A stretch of DNA of 64,000 nt from Cyanophora paradoxa CCMP329 (GCA_004431415.1 QPMI01000035.1:62001-126000); one strand, 5' to 3'. Positions 48,879 to 58,554 are shown, counted from the stretch's first letter. A program made the numbers and translations. The notes: generated by a model from the sequence alone, not told the origin.

Positions 48879-49589
48879 GAGAGAGCCCACCGCGGTGGCC
48901 CACCCCTCTCCGCCACCCCCATCCCATCACCACCTCTCTCGCTGCACCAGCCCTAGCGTCCACCCCGCTATCACTCCAACCCCGCTCTCTCGTTACGTCT
49001 ACCCCGCTCTCTTGTTACGTCTACTATCCGATTCCCTAGGTCGAAGCCTAGCAATATCTGACGACTATACAAGGCAGAGGAGACAACAAGAATAGGCGAA
49101 GAGGAGCGCTGCCCCCATGAGCGCGGTCTGCAGAGCAACGGGGCAGAATAGGCTAGACGATATTAATGTGTACAATGAAGCTAACAGAGGAAACACGTTT
49201 AGCTCAATTCTAGACGATATTAATGAGTACAATGAAGCTAACAGAGGAAACACGTTTAGCTTAATTTTAGGCGATATAGATGAGTACGATGAAGCTAACA
49301 GAGGAAGCACGTTTAGGTTAATTTTAGGCGAAATGATGAGAACATTGAAGCAACCAGAGGAAAAGCGTTTAGCTCTATCTAGGCGATAATGATGAGTACA
49401 TTGAAGCACTTCGTGTCCCAAGAGCGCTCTGGTGCGGCCTCTGGAGAGAGTAACTTTTTACATTCACTGTAATTCCTAGCTTGCCATGAGCAGCACCAGT
49501 GACATGTTATAAAGGAATAGCACCGCCCTATAGTAACGAGCGGTTGGTTGCGCGCTTTCTCCGAAAATCTTTTGGAGCGCTATTGTTAA
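48878..49589. repeat. Probable left terminal inverted repeat / non-coding terminus of the element
   Basis: Starts (AG)4, followed by palindrome CCACCGCGGTGG (48887-48898), a duplicated ~22-mer accccgctctct.gttacgtct (~48979-49022) and a 57-bp array. The partner TIR is not in the window. Confidence 0.6.
49154..49410 (+). repeat. Tandem array of ~4.5 x 57-bp units
   Basis: Unit starts tag(a/g)cga at 49154, 49211, 49268, 49325, 49380. Core gatgagtacaatgaagctaacagaggaaacacgtttag. Divergence increases rightwards. Confidence 0.9.
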
Positions 49590-52500
49590 ATGGAACGACG
49601 GTTTGAGATCGCGCGGCTCAAAGAGCAGATAGCAGGCCAGGCCGAGGTTTTGTACAATCGCAGGTTTATTCATGGACAATTTAGAAACAAACTACAGCGC
49701 ATCAGTGCGAGTGGCTCACGTACGAGACTACCGACACTTAAGAAATACGCATCACTTTTGAACGAGCTTTCAACAGTACCAAGACCGCCGAGACCAGTTT
49801 CAGCTGCTCGGCTAGAGGTTGCTATTGCTGAGGGTATTGTAGCAGGATTTTCAGAGCTTCCCGATCCGAGTGTGAGCGAGTTCAGCGAAACTGAAATTGC
49901 AGAGGAGGGCGGCACAGTGACGACACGTACAGCGCTGAACGGGACATACGCTGACTGGGAGTACAGGCCCTCACGTGGAACAGGCCGAGTCACGTCGATG
50001 CAGGCACAGATTGAAAATAACGCGAGGTTCAGAGCAGGCGCAGTGGCATTTGCGAGCGTGCAGCAAGAATTAGCGAGTCAGGATCGAATGGGTATAGCTT
50101 TGCAGGTATCAGGAGTTGGACTCTATCGCAAGCCAAATGAAGACTCAGCGCTTGCAGTAGTGATTGAGCACAGGAAATTTTACCGTATACTCCCAGGGTC
50201 AGACGTTGTTGAGGCGATCCGCTCACAGCTGGAGGAGCTAGATACTATTGCGCAGGAAAAGAGCCGTGATTCTTCCGCTTTCGAGACATGGATTAAGCTA
50301 CGCTTTACAGTGATTAGATATTTTAGACGTATGGGCGGCCGTGGACGTGGGTTTGTACTTCCGAGCTGGCTTGCACTCAAGCAGGCCTTGATCAATATCA
50401 ATGCACCAAACAACGAGTGCTTTAAATATGCTGTCCTCGCAGCGCGCAATCCGCTGGCCCCAGGGGTGGATTCGAGACATGCAGGAAGCTATCGGCAGCA
50501 CGAGGCATCGCTAGATTGTACTATGCTAACGTATCCGACACCACTCGATTCGAAAATGTTCAGCAAATTTGAGTGTGCGAATAATGTTAAGCTATGTGTA
50601 TACACGACTGCGCTAGACAAACAAGACATCGTTCCAATCCACATAAGCGCAGCAACAGATGCTATACCAATACTGTACGTGCCAGCAGGCGACGGGAATG
50701 ATGTGGGGCATTATTTGTGGATAAAGAACATATCGCGCCTGTTTGGAAAGCATGGGTCGAATGCGAAGCACTATTGCCTGGCCTGCCAGTGCGGCTTTAG
50801 CTCAGACGAGGCCTTTCAGAATCATCTTAAATACGACCGGTGCCTTGATCGAGATGAGCACGCCAGGGACGTGCTTCCGAAAAAGGGCGAGCACTTTATA
50901 AAATTCAATAGTTTCGAAAAGACGATTCGCCAAAGACTAGTTGGGTATGCGGACTCGGAAACTATGACTGTACCTGTTTTACAGACCGAGAGTCCAGCAA
51001 AGACGAAGCAGCTAGGAGTCCACGCAATAGCGTCGATCGGCTGCTTAGTTATTCTAAACAAGGGGCAAAATCAAGGAACGAATGAAACTGTAGAAAGCGT
51101 TGAAAATTCAGAGACGATGCAACAGGAGCAGTTTTGGTTCTCGCATATGGGATCACAAACTGAGGAGTCTGCAGAGGCATTTGTTGCTTGGCTAGATGAA
51201 AAAGAGCCGCAGTTTAAGGGAATCTTGGAGGAGAAAGCGACGATGCAGATTACACAGGCGCAAGAGCGCTCCTTTCAGGCAGCAGAAACATGCTATATGT
51301 GTGGAAGCGAGTTTAAAGAAGTCAAAGATAAAAATCGAGATCACTGCCACGACTCCGGGCAGTATCTTGGAGCGGCATGCAATGCCTGCAACAGGCGACG
51401 AGCAAAAGCTGCCGCCGTGCCAATATTCTTTCACAATGGACGAGGATTTGACTTTCACCTATTAGTGAGGGCTTTAGCAGCAGGATATAACCGGCGGAAA
51501 GTCGCAGAAAATGCATTCCGAGACGAGGTCGAGCGCAAGTTTCAAGCAAAATACGCAGGACGTGAGCTGAGTACAGATCATGCAATAAATGCAAAGAAGC
51601 GACTTGAGCGTGAATTACGTCCTCGTGAGTTACTGTCGACGAAGTTTGACCAGGTGTTTCAGAACAGCGAGCGTATGTCACAGTTCACATACGGCATTTA
51701 CGTTTTCCGTGACTCTGCTCAGCACCTGCAGGGTAGTCTCGATAGCCTTGCGGCTGCAGTACCTGATGTGAAAAAGAATATCACACGTGCACTACATGAG
51801 AGCGAGACACGGTTCAAACTAATGACGCGCAAGGGTGTCTATCCATACAAGTACATTACGGGCTGGGATCGTCTTGCAGAGACATCACTACCAGGACGCC
51901 GCCAATTTTACAATGAGCTAAAACAGTTGAAGTGCTCTCGTGATGATTATATCCACGCTCAATCGGTCTGGCGTGAGCTTGGTTGCAGGACAATGGCTGA
52001 CTATACATTGGAGTACATGAAGACAGACATAGCTCTTCTAGGAGACATATTTGAAAACTACCGTGACACGTGTATGGAGACGTATAAGCTGGACCCAAGC
52101 TACTTTATGAGCATTCCAGGTTTCTCGTGGCAAGCAGCTTTGAAACACACTGGCCAGCAACTGGAGCTGTTTCACGAAGGGCAAGAAGATATGCACCGCT
52201 TTATTGAGAAAGGGATTCGGGGAGGAATCTCGATGATATCAACACGCTATGCTAGAGCTAATAATGCCTGGATTGATAAGTACATCGTGGGTCACAGGAA
52301 AAAACAGGGCTGGTTACTTTATCTCGATGCGAATAATCTTTATGGACTTTCTATGAAACAGAAACTTCCTACAGGGGACTTCAAATGGGAGAACATTAGT
52401 ATTACTACTGATCCTAAACTGTATATCACAGACCTAGATGCAAACGGTCCACGAGGGTTTGCTTTGGAGGTTGACATGCATTGTCCTGAAGATCTGCATG

Positions 52501-53633
52501 ATTATTTCAGCGATTATCCGCTAGCTCCCGAGCGAATGTGCGTATCAAAAGAGCACCTATCAGAGGCGCAGCGAAAAACTATTGAGCGTGAAAAACTAAG
52601 CGGGATCGAGAGAACGCCAAAGCTGGTTCCAAACCTGTTGCCAAAGAAGAATTATGTTGTTGATGCACGAGTGCTACAGTTTTATGTGTCGATGGGAATG
52701 GTTGTTTCTAGAATACACAGAGTGCTTTCGTTCGAGCAAAGTGCATGGCTAGAGAGCTATATCGATTTGAACACTCTGAAGCGAAAACAGGCAGAATTCC
52801 CGTATGAAAAAGATCTTTATAAGCTACTAAATAATGCGGTGTTTGGGAAAACGATGGAAAACGTACGCAAGCACTGCAATTCAGAGCTTGTGACAACAGG
52901 AGAACGACTAGCGAAAATCAACACAGAGCCGAACCGCTTGAGACAGGTCGCTATCTATGACGAAAACTTGGTGTATGTAAATAAGCGAAAGAGCGAATAC
53001 AAACTCAACAAACCGATCTACTGTGGGTTCACAATCCTTGATCTATCAAAGCTACATATGTATCGGTTTTACTACCAGGTGCTGAAAGCGCTTTGGGGCG
53101 AGCGGCTTAAGCTACTTGGAACAGATACAGACAGTCTCATTATTCAGATTGAGACCGAAAATTTATACGAGGACCTTCGCAAAATCAAAAACGAGCTAGA
53201 TGTTAGTGAATACCCTACGAGTCACCCGTTCTTTGAAGGGATGTCAGAAGACGAAGTGCAGCGACTAAGATCGATGGGCAAGGTTCCCGGGCTGTTCAAG
53301 GACGAGTGTGGCGGCAGACAAATGCTTGAGTGGATCGCGAACCGACCGAAATCGTACTATATGAGCACAGAGGAATCACAAGTGCACAAGTGCAAGGGCG
53401 TTAACAAGACGTTCAGCAGCTCGCTGACACGAGAGCGATACTACGACTGCATCTTTGGGGGCATATCATGCAACGTAGATGGAATTCTCGGCTTCAGATC
53501 GAAACAGCATCGGATCTGGCTACAGCGGACATCAAAGCAAGCCCTACACCCGCTTGATACCAAGCGATTCCTGTGCGAGGATGGTGTGAACACCAGGGCG
53601 ATAGGTCACTATAAAAATCTTTCGAATAACTAA
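49590..53633 (+). CDS. polB: Protein-primed family B DNA polymerase polyprotein (putative TP, OTU-like protease, C2H2 finger, exonuclease with Endo VII insert)
   Basis: 1347 aa intact ORF. ExoI YADSET, ExoII FHNGRGFD, KGVYPY, ExoIII YMKTDIALL; Pol A YLDANNLYG, Pol B KLLNNAVFGK, Pol C GTDTDS. CYMC...RDHCH..G.Y.GAAC..CN (Endo VII-like). ININAPNNECF...GHY. Confidence 0.96.
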   Translation: MERRFEIARLKEQIAGQAEVLYNRRFIHGQFRNKLQRISASGSRTRLPTLKKYASLLNELSTVPRPPRPVSAARLEVAIAEGIVAGFSELPDPSVSEFSETEIAEEGGTVTTRTALNGTYADWEYRPSRGTGRVTSMQAQIENNARFRAGAVAFASVQQELASQDRMGIALQVSGVGLYRKPNEDSALAVVIEHRKFYRILPGSDVVEAIRSQLEELDTIAQEKSRDSSAFETWIKLRFTVIRYFRRMGGRGRGFVLPSWLALKQALININAPNNECFKYAVLAARNPLAPGVDSRHAGSYRQHEASLDCTMLTYPTPLDSKMFSKFECANNVKLCVYTTALDKQDIVPIHISAATDAIPILYVPAGDGNDVGHYLWIKNISRLFGKHGSNAKHYCLACQCGFSSDEAFQNHLKYDRCLDRDEHARDVLPKKGEHFIKFNSFEKTIRQRLVGYADSETMTVPVLQTESPAKTKQLGVHAIASIGCLVILNKGQNQGTNETVESVENSETMQQEQFWFSHMGSQTEESAEAFVAWLDEKEPQFKGILEEKATMQITQAQERSFQAAETCYMCGSEFKEVKDKNRDHCHDSGQYLGAACNACNRRRAKAAAVPIFFHNGRGFDFHLLVRALAAGYNRRKVAENAFRDEVERKFQAKYAGRELSTDHAINAKKRLERELRPRELLSTKFDQVFQNSERMSQFTYGIYVFRDSAQHLQGSLDSLAAAVPDVKKNITRALHESETRFKLMTRKGVYPYKYITGWDRLAETSLPGRRQFYNELKQLKCSRDDYIHAQSVWRELGCRTMADYTLEYMKTDIALLGDIFENYRDTCMETYKLDPSYFMSIPGFSWQAALKHTGQQLELFHEGQEDMHRFIEKGIRGGISMISTRYARANNAWIDKYIVGHRKKQGWLLYLDANNLYGLSMKQKLPTGDFKWENISITTDPKLYITDLDANGPRGFALEVDMHCPEDLHDYFSDYPLAPERMCVSKEHLSEAQRKTIEREKLSGIERTPKLVPNLLPKKNYVVDARVLQFYVSMGMVVSRIHRVLSFEQSAWLESYIDLNTLKRKQAEFPYEKDLYKLLNNAVFGKTMENVRKHCNSELVTTGERLAKINTEPNRLRQVAIYDENLVYVNKRKSEYKLNKPIYCGFTILDLSKLHMYRFYYQVLKALWGERLKLLGTDTDSLIIQIETENLYEDLRKIKNELDVSEYPTSHPFFEGMSEDEVQRLRSMGKVPGLFKDECGGRQMLEWIANRPKSYYMSTEESQVHKCKGVNKTFSSSLTRERYYDCIFGGISCNVDGILGFRSKQHRIWLQRTSKQALHPLDTKRFLCEDGVNTRAIGHYKNLSNN

Positions 53634-54562
53634 TGGCACCCTCATTCAAAATCACTGCACCACCAGGGGCATATCAAGTCGACATACTTTTCATAGGACG
53701 TTTTCGACTATTTGCAGCGATTGAGATTGCAACTCGATTCGCAGTTGTCAGAAAGCTTGAAGATGCTAAACAGATTCCGAAATTCATCGCTCAGCTGCCT
53801 GGGATCTGGGGTTTTTCGGGCGACAATGGCTTTAATACGGCTGCTGTGCGGGCAATGGCCGAAGAGAATTCATTTTCGATGCACACTGACGTCGCTAAGG
53901 ATGATCACATATCGAAAGGCGACAAGCTAGGGATCATCGATCGATTCGCACGGACATTGCGAGCCATGATTCAGGCAGACACAGAGGAACGAGGGTCGCC
54001 GAATTTTCTCTCCCGGCTGCCTGCTTTGATCAAGGCATACAATCAAACAAAACACAGCTCTTTTGGCAGAGAGTATTCACCAGCCTGGATGCGAGATCAC
54101 CCGCAGGTTGCTGCCCAGCTGCACCAGGTGCGTCAACGACAGAACGACATTGAGAGAGACGCATTGAATCTACCAAAGCCAGGGACTGAGGTGCAGATAC
54201 TCGAGCCTAAGAGCAGAATCTTTGCGAAGGGAGCTACAAAACCGAGCAAGGAGACGTACGCAGTCGTGGGGCAGGACAGGAACCGAATAAGGGTCGCAAC
54301 CAAAGAGGGACAGATATTAAGCCGTAGAATCAAGCCTTCAGAAATTCGAGCCCCGAGACAGCTTCCGAATCAGTCAAAAATAGAACGAGCTGCGGCTAAG
54401 GCAAAGCAAGAGCGACAGCTACGGCGCGAGGGCCTCATCGAAGCAAAAAAGTATAGCGGACAGAGTCGGCAAGCTCGTGAGCTCAAGAAACTAGAGGTTG
54501 CAGGGGAGCCTTTGCTGCGGTTAGGCAGTAAGGTCGCTGGAAACTATGCCCGCCGCAATTAG
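53633..54562 (+). CDS. int: Retroviral-type (rve) integrase
   Basis: YQVDIL, AIEIATRF, SGDNG, LGIIDRFARTLR, YNQTKHSS; basic C-terminal tail. Overlaps the polB stop as TAATG. Confidence 0.92.
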   Translation: MAPSFKITAPPGAYQVDILFIGRFRLFAAIEIATRFAVVRKLEDAKQIPKFIAQLPGIWGFSGDNGFNTAAVRAMAEENSFSMHTDVAKDDHISKGDKLGIIDRFARTLRAMIQADTEERGSPNFLSRLPALIKAYNQTKHSSFGREYSPAWMRDHPQVAAQLHQVRQRQNDIERDALNLPKPGTEVQILEPKSRIFAKGATKPSKETYAVVGQDRNRIRVATKEGQILSRRIKPSEIRAPRQLPNQSKIERAAAKAKQERQLRREGLIEAKKYSGQSRQARELKKLEVAGEPLLRLGSKVAGNYARRN

Positions 54563-54838
54563 CGACCTAATTTCAGTGCGCCTTCGCTCTCGGTATTTTC
54601 GGTCGTTGTCAAGTTTTCGTTCAGGGTGTGCAAGGTTATATTGACGGGAGACAGCAATCTGCCGCTGCCGGTAATCTGGATTTTCATGGTATCGCTTTCG
54701 CTGCAGATCTGCACGTCTTTTGCGTCTCTCTGCAAGTATCTCTGGCGTAACCTCAGTACGTATGTGCACAGGCTTATCAATATTCTTGCGAGGCCTGCCT
54801 CGTGGACGGGAAGCAGTCGTGATTTCCGCACTGTCCAT
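54521..54838 (-). CDS. Small basic DNA-binding protein with AT-hook
   Basis: RPRGRPRK AT-hook, then an R/K-rich helix ERRKRRADLQRKRYHENPDYRQRQ...KYRERRR. Confidence 0.7.
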   Translation of the reverse strand: MDSAEITTASRPRGRPRKNIDKPVHIRTEVTPEILAERRKRRADLQRKRYHENPDYRQRQIAVSRQYNLAHPERKLDNDRKYRERRRTEIRSLIAAGIVSSDLTA

Positions 54839-54939
54839 TATGAGTGGGTATGTGATTGATATATAGGAAAGAAATTCGAGAAACGTTTATGGCGCGTTCA
54901 AATCGAAAAATTAAATCGCAGCGGTTTATATAAAACAAA

Positions 54940-55200
54940 ATGGTCGCAGGAACAATTCGATTTGGGAAGTACCGCGGTGAAACTCATCTTAAAGTAGTTT
55001 TTAGCGACCCAAAATATGCGGAATGGTTGTTATCTTGGCCGCATCTTCGTGAGTACGACAAAAGGGAATTGCAGCGGGCCTTTGAAATTTGTCAATCGAA
55101 TGATCTGGCAACAGTAAACGGGATGCTTGAATATGTAGAGCGAGAGAGGAAACCTACTGTGGAAGATCTAACAGATTTGCCTGATTTTGACTTGTCTTAA
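54940..55200 (+). CDS. Small protein with FGKY.G...D..Y..WL motif (DUF3820/ExoX C-terminal-like)
   Basis: IRFGKYRGETHLKVVFSDPKYAEWLL. TATATAAAAC precedes the ATG. Confidence 0.65.
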   Translation: MVAGTIRFGKYRGETHLKVVFSDPKYAEWLLSWPHLREYDKRELQRAFEICQSNDLATVNGMLEYVERERKPTVEDLTDLPDFDLS

Positions 55201-55232
55201 AGAGATCTCAATCTCAGATTGTAAAGAGAGAC

Positions 55233-55796
55233 ATGGAGATCGTAGTTCCTGAAGGCGCTGTAGCAATCCCGCTTGGTGGAATTCGCAATCGACGTAAAGT
55301 CATCGTTGCCTATGCACTTGTGTCGCAGGATGATGCTCAACGTGCGCTCGGATTTCGCTGGCGTTTGGATAAATATGGATATGCCAAAACCACGATCAAT
55401 CATAAGTGTGTGTTTTTGCATAATTTCATCTCTGGTGAACTCGAAAACGGATTGACTGTTGATCATATAAATCTGAACAAACTTGATAATCGTCGCGAGA
55501 ACCTGCGACTGGCAACAAAGCGGCAGCAGAGTTTGAATCGTGGTCAGCAGCGAAATAACACCAGCGGTTTCATTGGTGTATCGTTCCATCAGCAGCGTGG
55601 AAAATGGCGGGCGCAATATCAGATAAATGGTCGCAAAAAGCACATCGGATACTTTACCACTGCTGAAGCTGCTGCTAAAGCCAGAGACACCTATGCCCTT
55701 GATCACACTTCCGAATCTGATCGTCCATTCCTGCGTCTGAATTTCACAGACGAATCCGTCTCCCCCCAAGAGCTCCCTTCATCTGCGACCCAATAG
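55233..55796 (+). CDS. HNH endonuclease with C-terminal AP2 DNA-binding domain
   Basis: LHNFI...VDHINLNKLDNRRENLR (HNH) followed by NNTSGFIGVSFHQQRGKWRAQYQINGRKKHIGYFTTAEAAAKARD (AP2). Confidence 0.92.
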   Translation: MEIVVPEGAVAIPLGGIRNRRKVIVAYALVSQDDAQRALGFRWRLDKYGYAKTTINHKCVFLHNFISGELENGLTVDHINLNKLDNRRENLRLATKRQQSLNRGQQRNNTSGFIGVSFHQQRGKWRAQYQINGRKKHIGYFTTAEAAAKARDTYALDHTSESDRPFLRLNFTDESVSPQELPSSATQ

Positions 55797-56373
55797 CATT
55801 TGGTTCGAAAACATTTGGAGTTGCTGGTTTTACAGCTGCATCATCAAGAGCTTGTGAAGCCTTCTCTTTTTCGTTTTTCAGATAACGTAAATCTGGTACA
55901 TCCATAGGTCGATGTTTAAACATCTCGCTACGGAGCATCTCCCGTATTTTTGCGCGTTCTTGCTTTTCCTTAACGTATGATTCGATATTAGCCGATCGAG
56001 CCTCGAGATCTCGCAATTTAGCTGTTAGTTCCTCGATCTGACTCTTTGATACTGTTGCTGTCTTGATTTTTGGCCCTGAATAACGTGGTTCAGATGCCAT
56101 GGCTTGGATAATTCTAGCAGCATCATCATCGATATCAGACTGCATTTCGTTTACAGTTTTAGCCTGGCTTTGTCGGTCGTCAACCGCAGTGGCATTTGCT
56201 GCTGCCGACGCAATTGTTTTCGCTACGGGTGCGTTTAGTTTGGGGTTGCTTGCAAGCTCCCCGCTAGGATCAGCAACAGCTGCGCCTTCAGTCGACCCAC
56301 TTTCAACTAGTGGTTCAACAACATTGACCTTGCGTCTTTCACGATATCCCTTCTTAGGAATCCCTTTTGCCAT
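55744..56373 (-). CDS. Hypothetical viral protein with coiled coil
   Basis: 209-aa ORF between HNH and ATPase. Basic N-terminus; heptads IEELTAKLRDLEARSANIESYVKE. Confidence 0.7.
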   Translation of the reverse strand: MAKGIPKKGYRERRKVNVVEPLVESGSTEGAAVADPSGELASNPKLNAPVAKTIASAAANATAVDDRQSQAKTVNEMQSDIDDDAARIIQAMASEPRYSGPKIKTATVSKSQIEELTAKLRDLEARSANIESYVKEKQERAKIREMLRSEMFKHRPMDVPDLRYLKNEKEKASQALDDAAVKPATPNVFEPNAIGSQMKGALGGRRIRL

Positions 56374-56382
56374 CTTCTGTTC

Positions 56383-57114
56383 TTAAGATAATATTTTAAA
56401 ACGCCTTTTTTTAGAGATAACAGGCAATTCTTTTTTAGACTCTTCTTCTTGTTTTAGCCATTTAGAGAAACGAAAACTCTTATCTTCGACGGCTTTATCA
56501 ACGTACCAGGCAGTATCATATTTAGTTCCATCCAGGACTAGGCACTGATAATCGTGCGCCCAAGTTTGGAACAAAGCAATAAATTCATCTTTCGGGATGT
56601 GAGAAAACTCTCTATAAATTGTCTCCAGTTCGGTGTGATTAGAGTAACTGAAGAAAAAACAATAGTCAGAGTTCGATCTTATAGACTGACTCAAAGCAGT
56701 CAATTTTTGCGTCATTAGAATGGTACTGATATTAAAATGACGGCCCTGCGTAAAAAGGCGATTTACAGTCTTGCTATTTCGCAGATCAACAGTTTCAGAG
56801 GCAGCAACAAGATCATCTAAGACTAGCAATATCTGCGGCGCTTTCTTTTTGTTTTCAATCAAATTTCGCTGTGAATCAATGATTTCAGCAACGATAGATG
56901 GCTGAAAATCGTCATAAAGCTCTTTAGTTATTGCAGAATACTCGCCGTTGAATTTGGTGGCGGTAAACACAACAACTCGATTGATCTTTGGATATAACAG
57001 TCTAAGTAAATGCTTTGTGCAATAGAAAGACTTGCCGCTATTGGACTTTGAAATAAATAGGGCCTTAAAGGGAACCCTCATTTCTCCAGGCTGGAACTTT
57101 GCAAGCTCATCCAT
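56383..57114 (-). CDS. A32/FtsK-like genome packaging ATPase
   Basis: Walker A ISKSNSGKS, Walker B LLVLDD, A32 signature LFTQGRHFNISTILMTQ...SIRSNSDY. Confidence 0.93.
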   Translation of the reverse strand: MDELAKFQPGEMRVPFKALFISKSNSGKSFYCTKHLLRLLYPKINRVVVFTATKFNGEYSAITKELYDDFQPSIVAEIIDSQRNLIENKKKAPQILLVLDDLVAASETVDLRNSKTVNRLFTQGRHFNISTILMTQKLTALSQSIRSNSDYCFFFSYSNHTELETIYREFSHIPKDEFIALFQTWAHDYQCLVLDGTKYDTAWYVDKAVEDKSFRFSKWLKQEEESKKELPVISKKRRFKILS

Positions 57115-57165
57115 CAAAAAATTAAAGACTGATATTCGCAGGCGAACACAACCGCGACCATTTGA

Positions 57166-58554
57166 CTAGAGGTTAACTTTGCGAAGACCCGCAGCATCAA
57201 CAATTAGGACAGTGTGAAGAAGAGCGCGAACCTGGACGTAAATTTTGTTGTTCGCATCGTAAGCAGCAGGGTTCATGATATTCAGGAAGCAGCTGCTGGA
57301 GTTCGTCAGATCTACGAACCCAGTTTGAGCAGCATTTCGGAGCGATTTATCCCCACTAATGCAAAATGGCAAACCAGTCAGAACATACCGATTAAGAGGT
57401 GCGTCGAGATTGGAGCACTTGAAGACATCAGCGATGAGTTCGGCACCTTGCAGGAGAGGAACGGGCTCATTTGAATAAAGTCTCTGGCCATTCAATTCGC
57501 AGGAAATAGTGATATCGCGAGCATTAGCCTCGGTTTTGAGGACACTGTGTTTTCCATCAGTTTGGTTCATGTTTGGCTGCTTGCGAATGCTAACGAACAG
57601 GCCGTAGCAAAGTCCACTGATTTGAGACAGATTAATCCGGGTGGGCGCACCAGCACCAGCATAAGTAATTGAATCAGCATCAACCCAGCCGACATCGGTA
57701 GCGGGAATTGCGATTCCAGACGTTTTGACTTTCTCAATCACCTGGGCAAAAGTGGCCTCATCAATGTTGATGCAATGAGCAATAATCTTAGGATTAGAAA
57801 GCTCTGGATTGGCAGGGGTGACACTGAGAACATTGGGAGTTATATTCTGGCCGATGTTTGCTGGGGAAGCAGCAGCGGCTCCAACACTACCAAGGCCATC
57901 TTCTTTAGTGGCATCACCGCCGATGGCATATTCTGTTACAAACCTACCACCATAGCTGGTCTCGACGAAGCCCTGGGCACGATCACGGAACCAAACCTCG
58001 ACAGACACCTCGCCAGAAAGAGCACCAATTGGGAGCACAGAACCCTCCCAGGGACATGGGATTTTTACACTGAAAATACCTCCAGCACGATTTGTCCCCT
58101 GAGGTGGTGTTCCATGAAGCCAGCCACCGGACCGGTATTTCTTTTTGAGCTGAGCATCATCATTGTAAATCAGTGCGCTGTGAACAAGCCAGTCCTCGGG
58201 GACGATGTAGCTGTAGGAAGCATATTTGATTTCAATTCGCTTTACAAGAGCACCAACAGACCGCAGATAACCAGTGCGAACCAGGTCAGTGTCACCAGTA
58301 AAAGCGGTCAACTCGGGCAGGGTAAACTGGAGTTCGAGCCCCTGAAGGAAGTTGTATCTGGGAAGGAAGTAGGTGACTCGTTTACCGAAGCAGTCTCCAT
58401 AGTCATTGCTTGGGTTGACAACAACACGAACAGGCTTGGTTTGGCTCGTTAGACCCAACATAAGCTCATTGTTCATAAAGAAGTCCTTCGCTTCCTGCGG
58501 AGTTGTCAGGAGCTCTTTGAGGCCGAGCCGCTGCAAATTTTGAGTGACATCCAT
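57166..58554 (-). CDS. Double jelly-roll major capsid protein
   Basis: 462 aa from ATG 58554. FGKRVTYFLPR...LELQFTLPEL...VGALVKRIEIK...DWL...LPIGALSGEVSVEVWFR resembles DJR capsid N-domains. Lies between the ATPase and a penton. Confidence 0.82.
   Translation of the reverse strand: MDVTQNLQRLGLKELLTTPQEAKDFFMNNELMLGLTSQTKPVRVVVNPSNDYGDCFGKRVTYFLPRYNFLQGLELQFTLPELTAFTGDTDLVRTGYLRSVGALVKRIEIKYASYSYIVPEDWLVHSALIYNDDAQLKKKYRSGGWLHGTPPQGTNRAGGIFSVKIPCPWEGSVLPIGALSGEVSVEVWFRDRAQGFVETSYGGRFVTEYAIGGDATKEDGLGSVGAAAASPANIGQNITPNVLSVTPANPELSNPKIIAHCINIDEATFAQVIEKVKTSGIAIPATDVGWVDADSITYAGAGAPTRINLSQISGLCYGLFVSIRKQPNMNQTDGKHSVLKTEANARDITISCELNGQRLYSNEPVPLLQGAELIADVFKCSNLDAPLNRYVLTGLPFCISGDKSLRNAAQTGFVDLTNSSSCFLNIMNPAAYDANNKIYVQVRALLHTVLIVDAAGLRKVNL

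Noticed and set aside
49154-49410. Possible CRISPR-like array, or a 90-aa repeat protein (ORF 49117-49389)
   Set aside because: Whole 57-bp units repeat with no unique spacers and no cas genes. The ORF may be a by-product of the 57-bp period.
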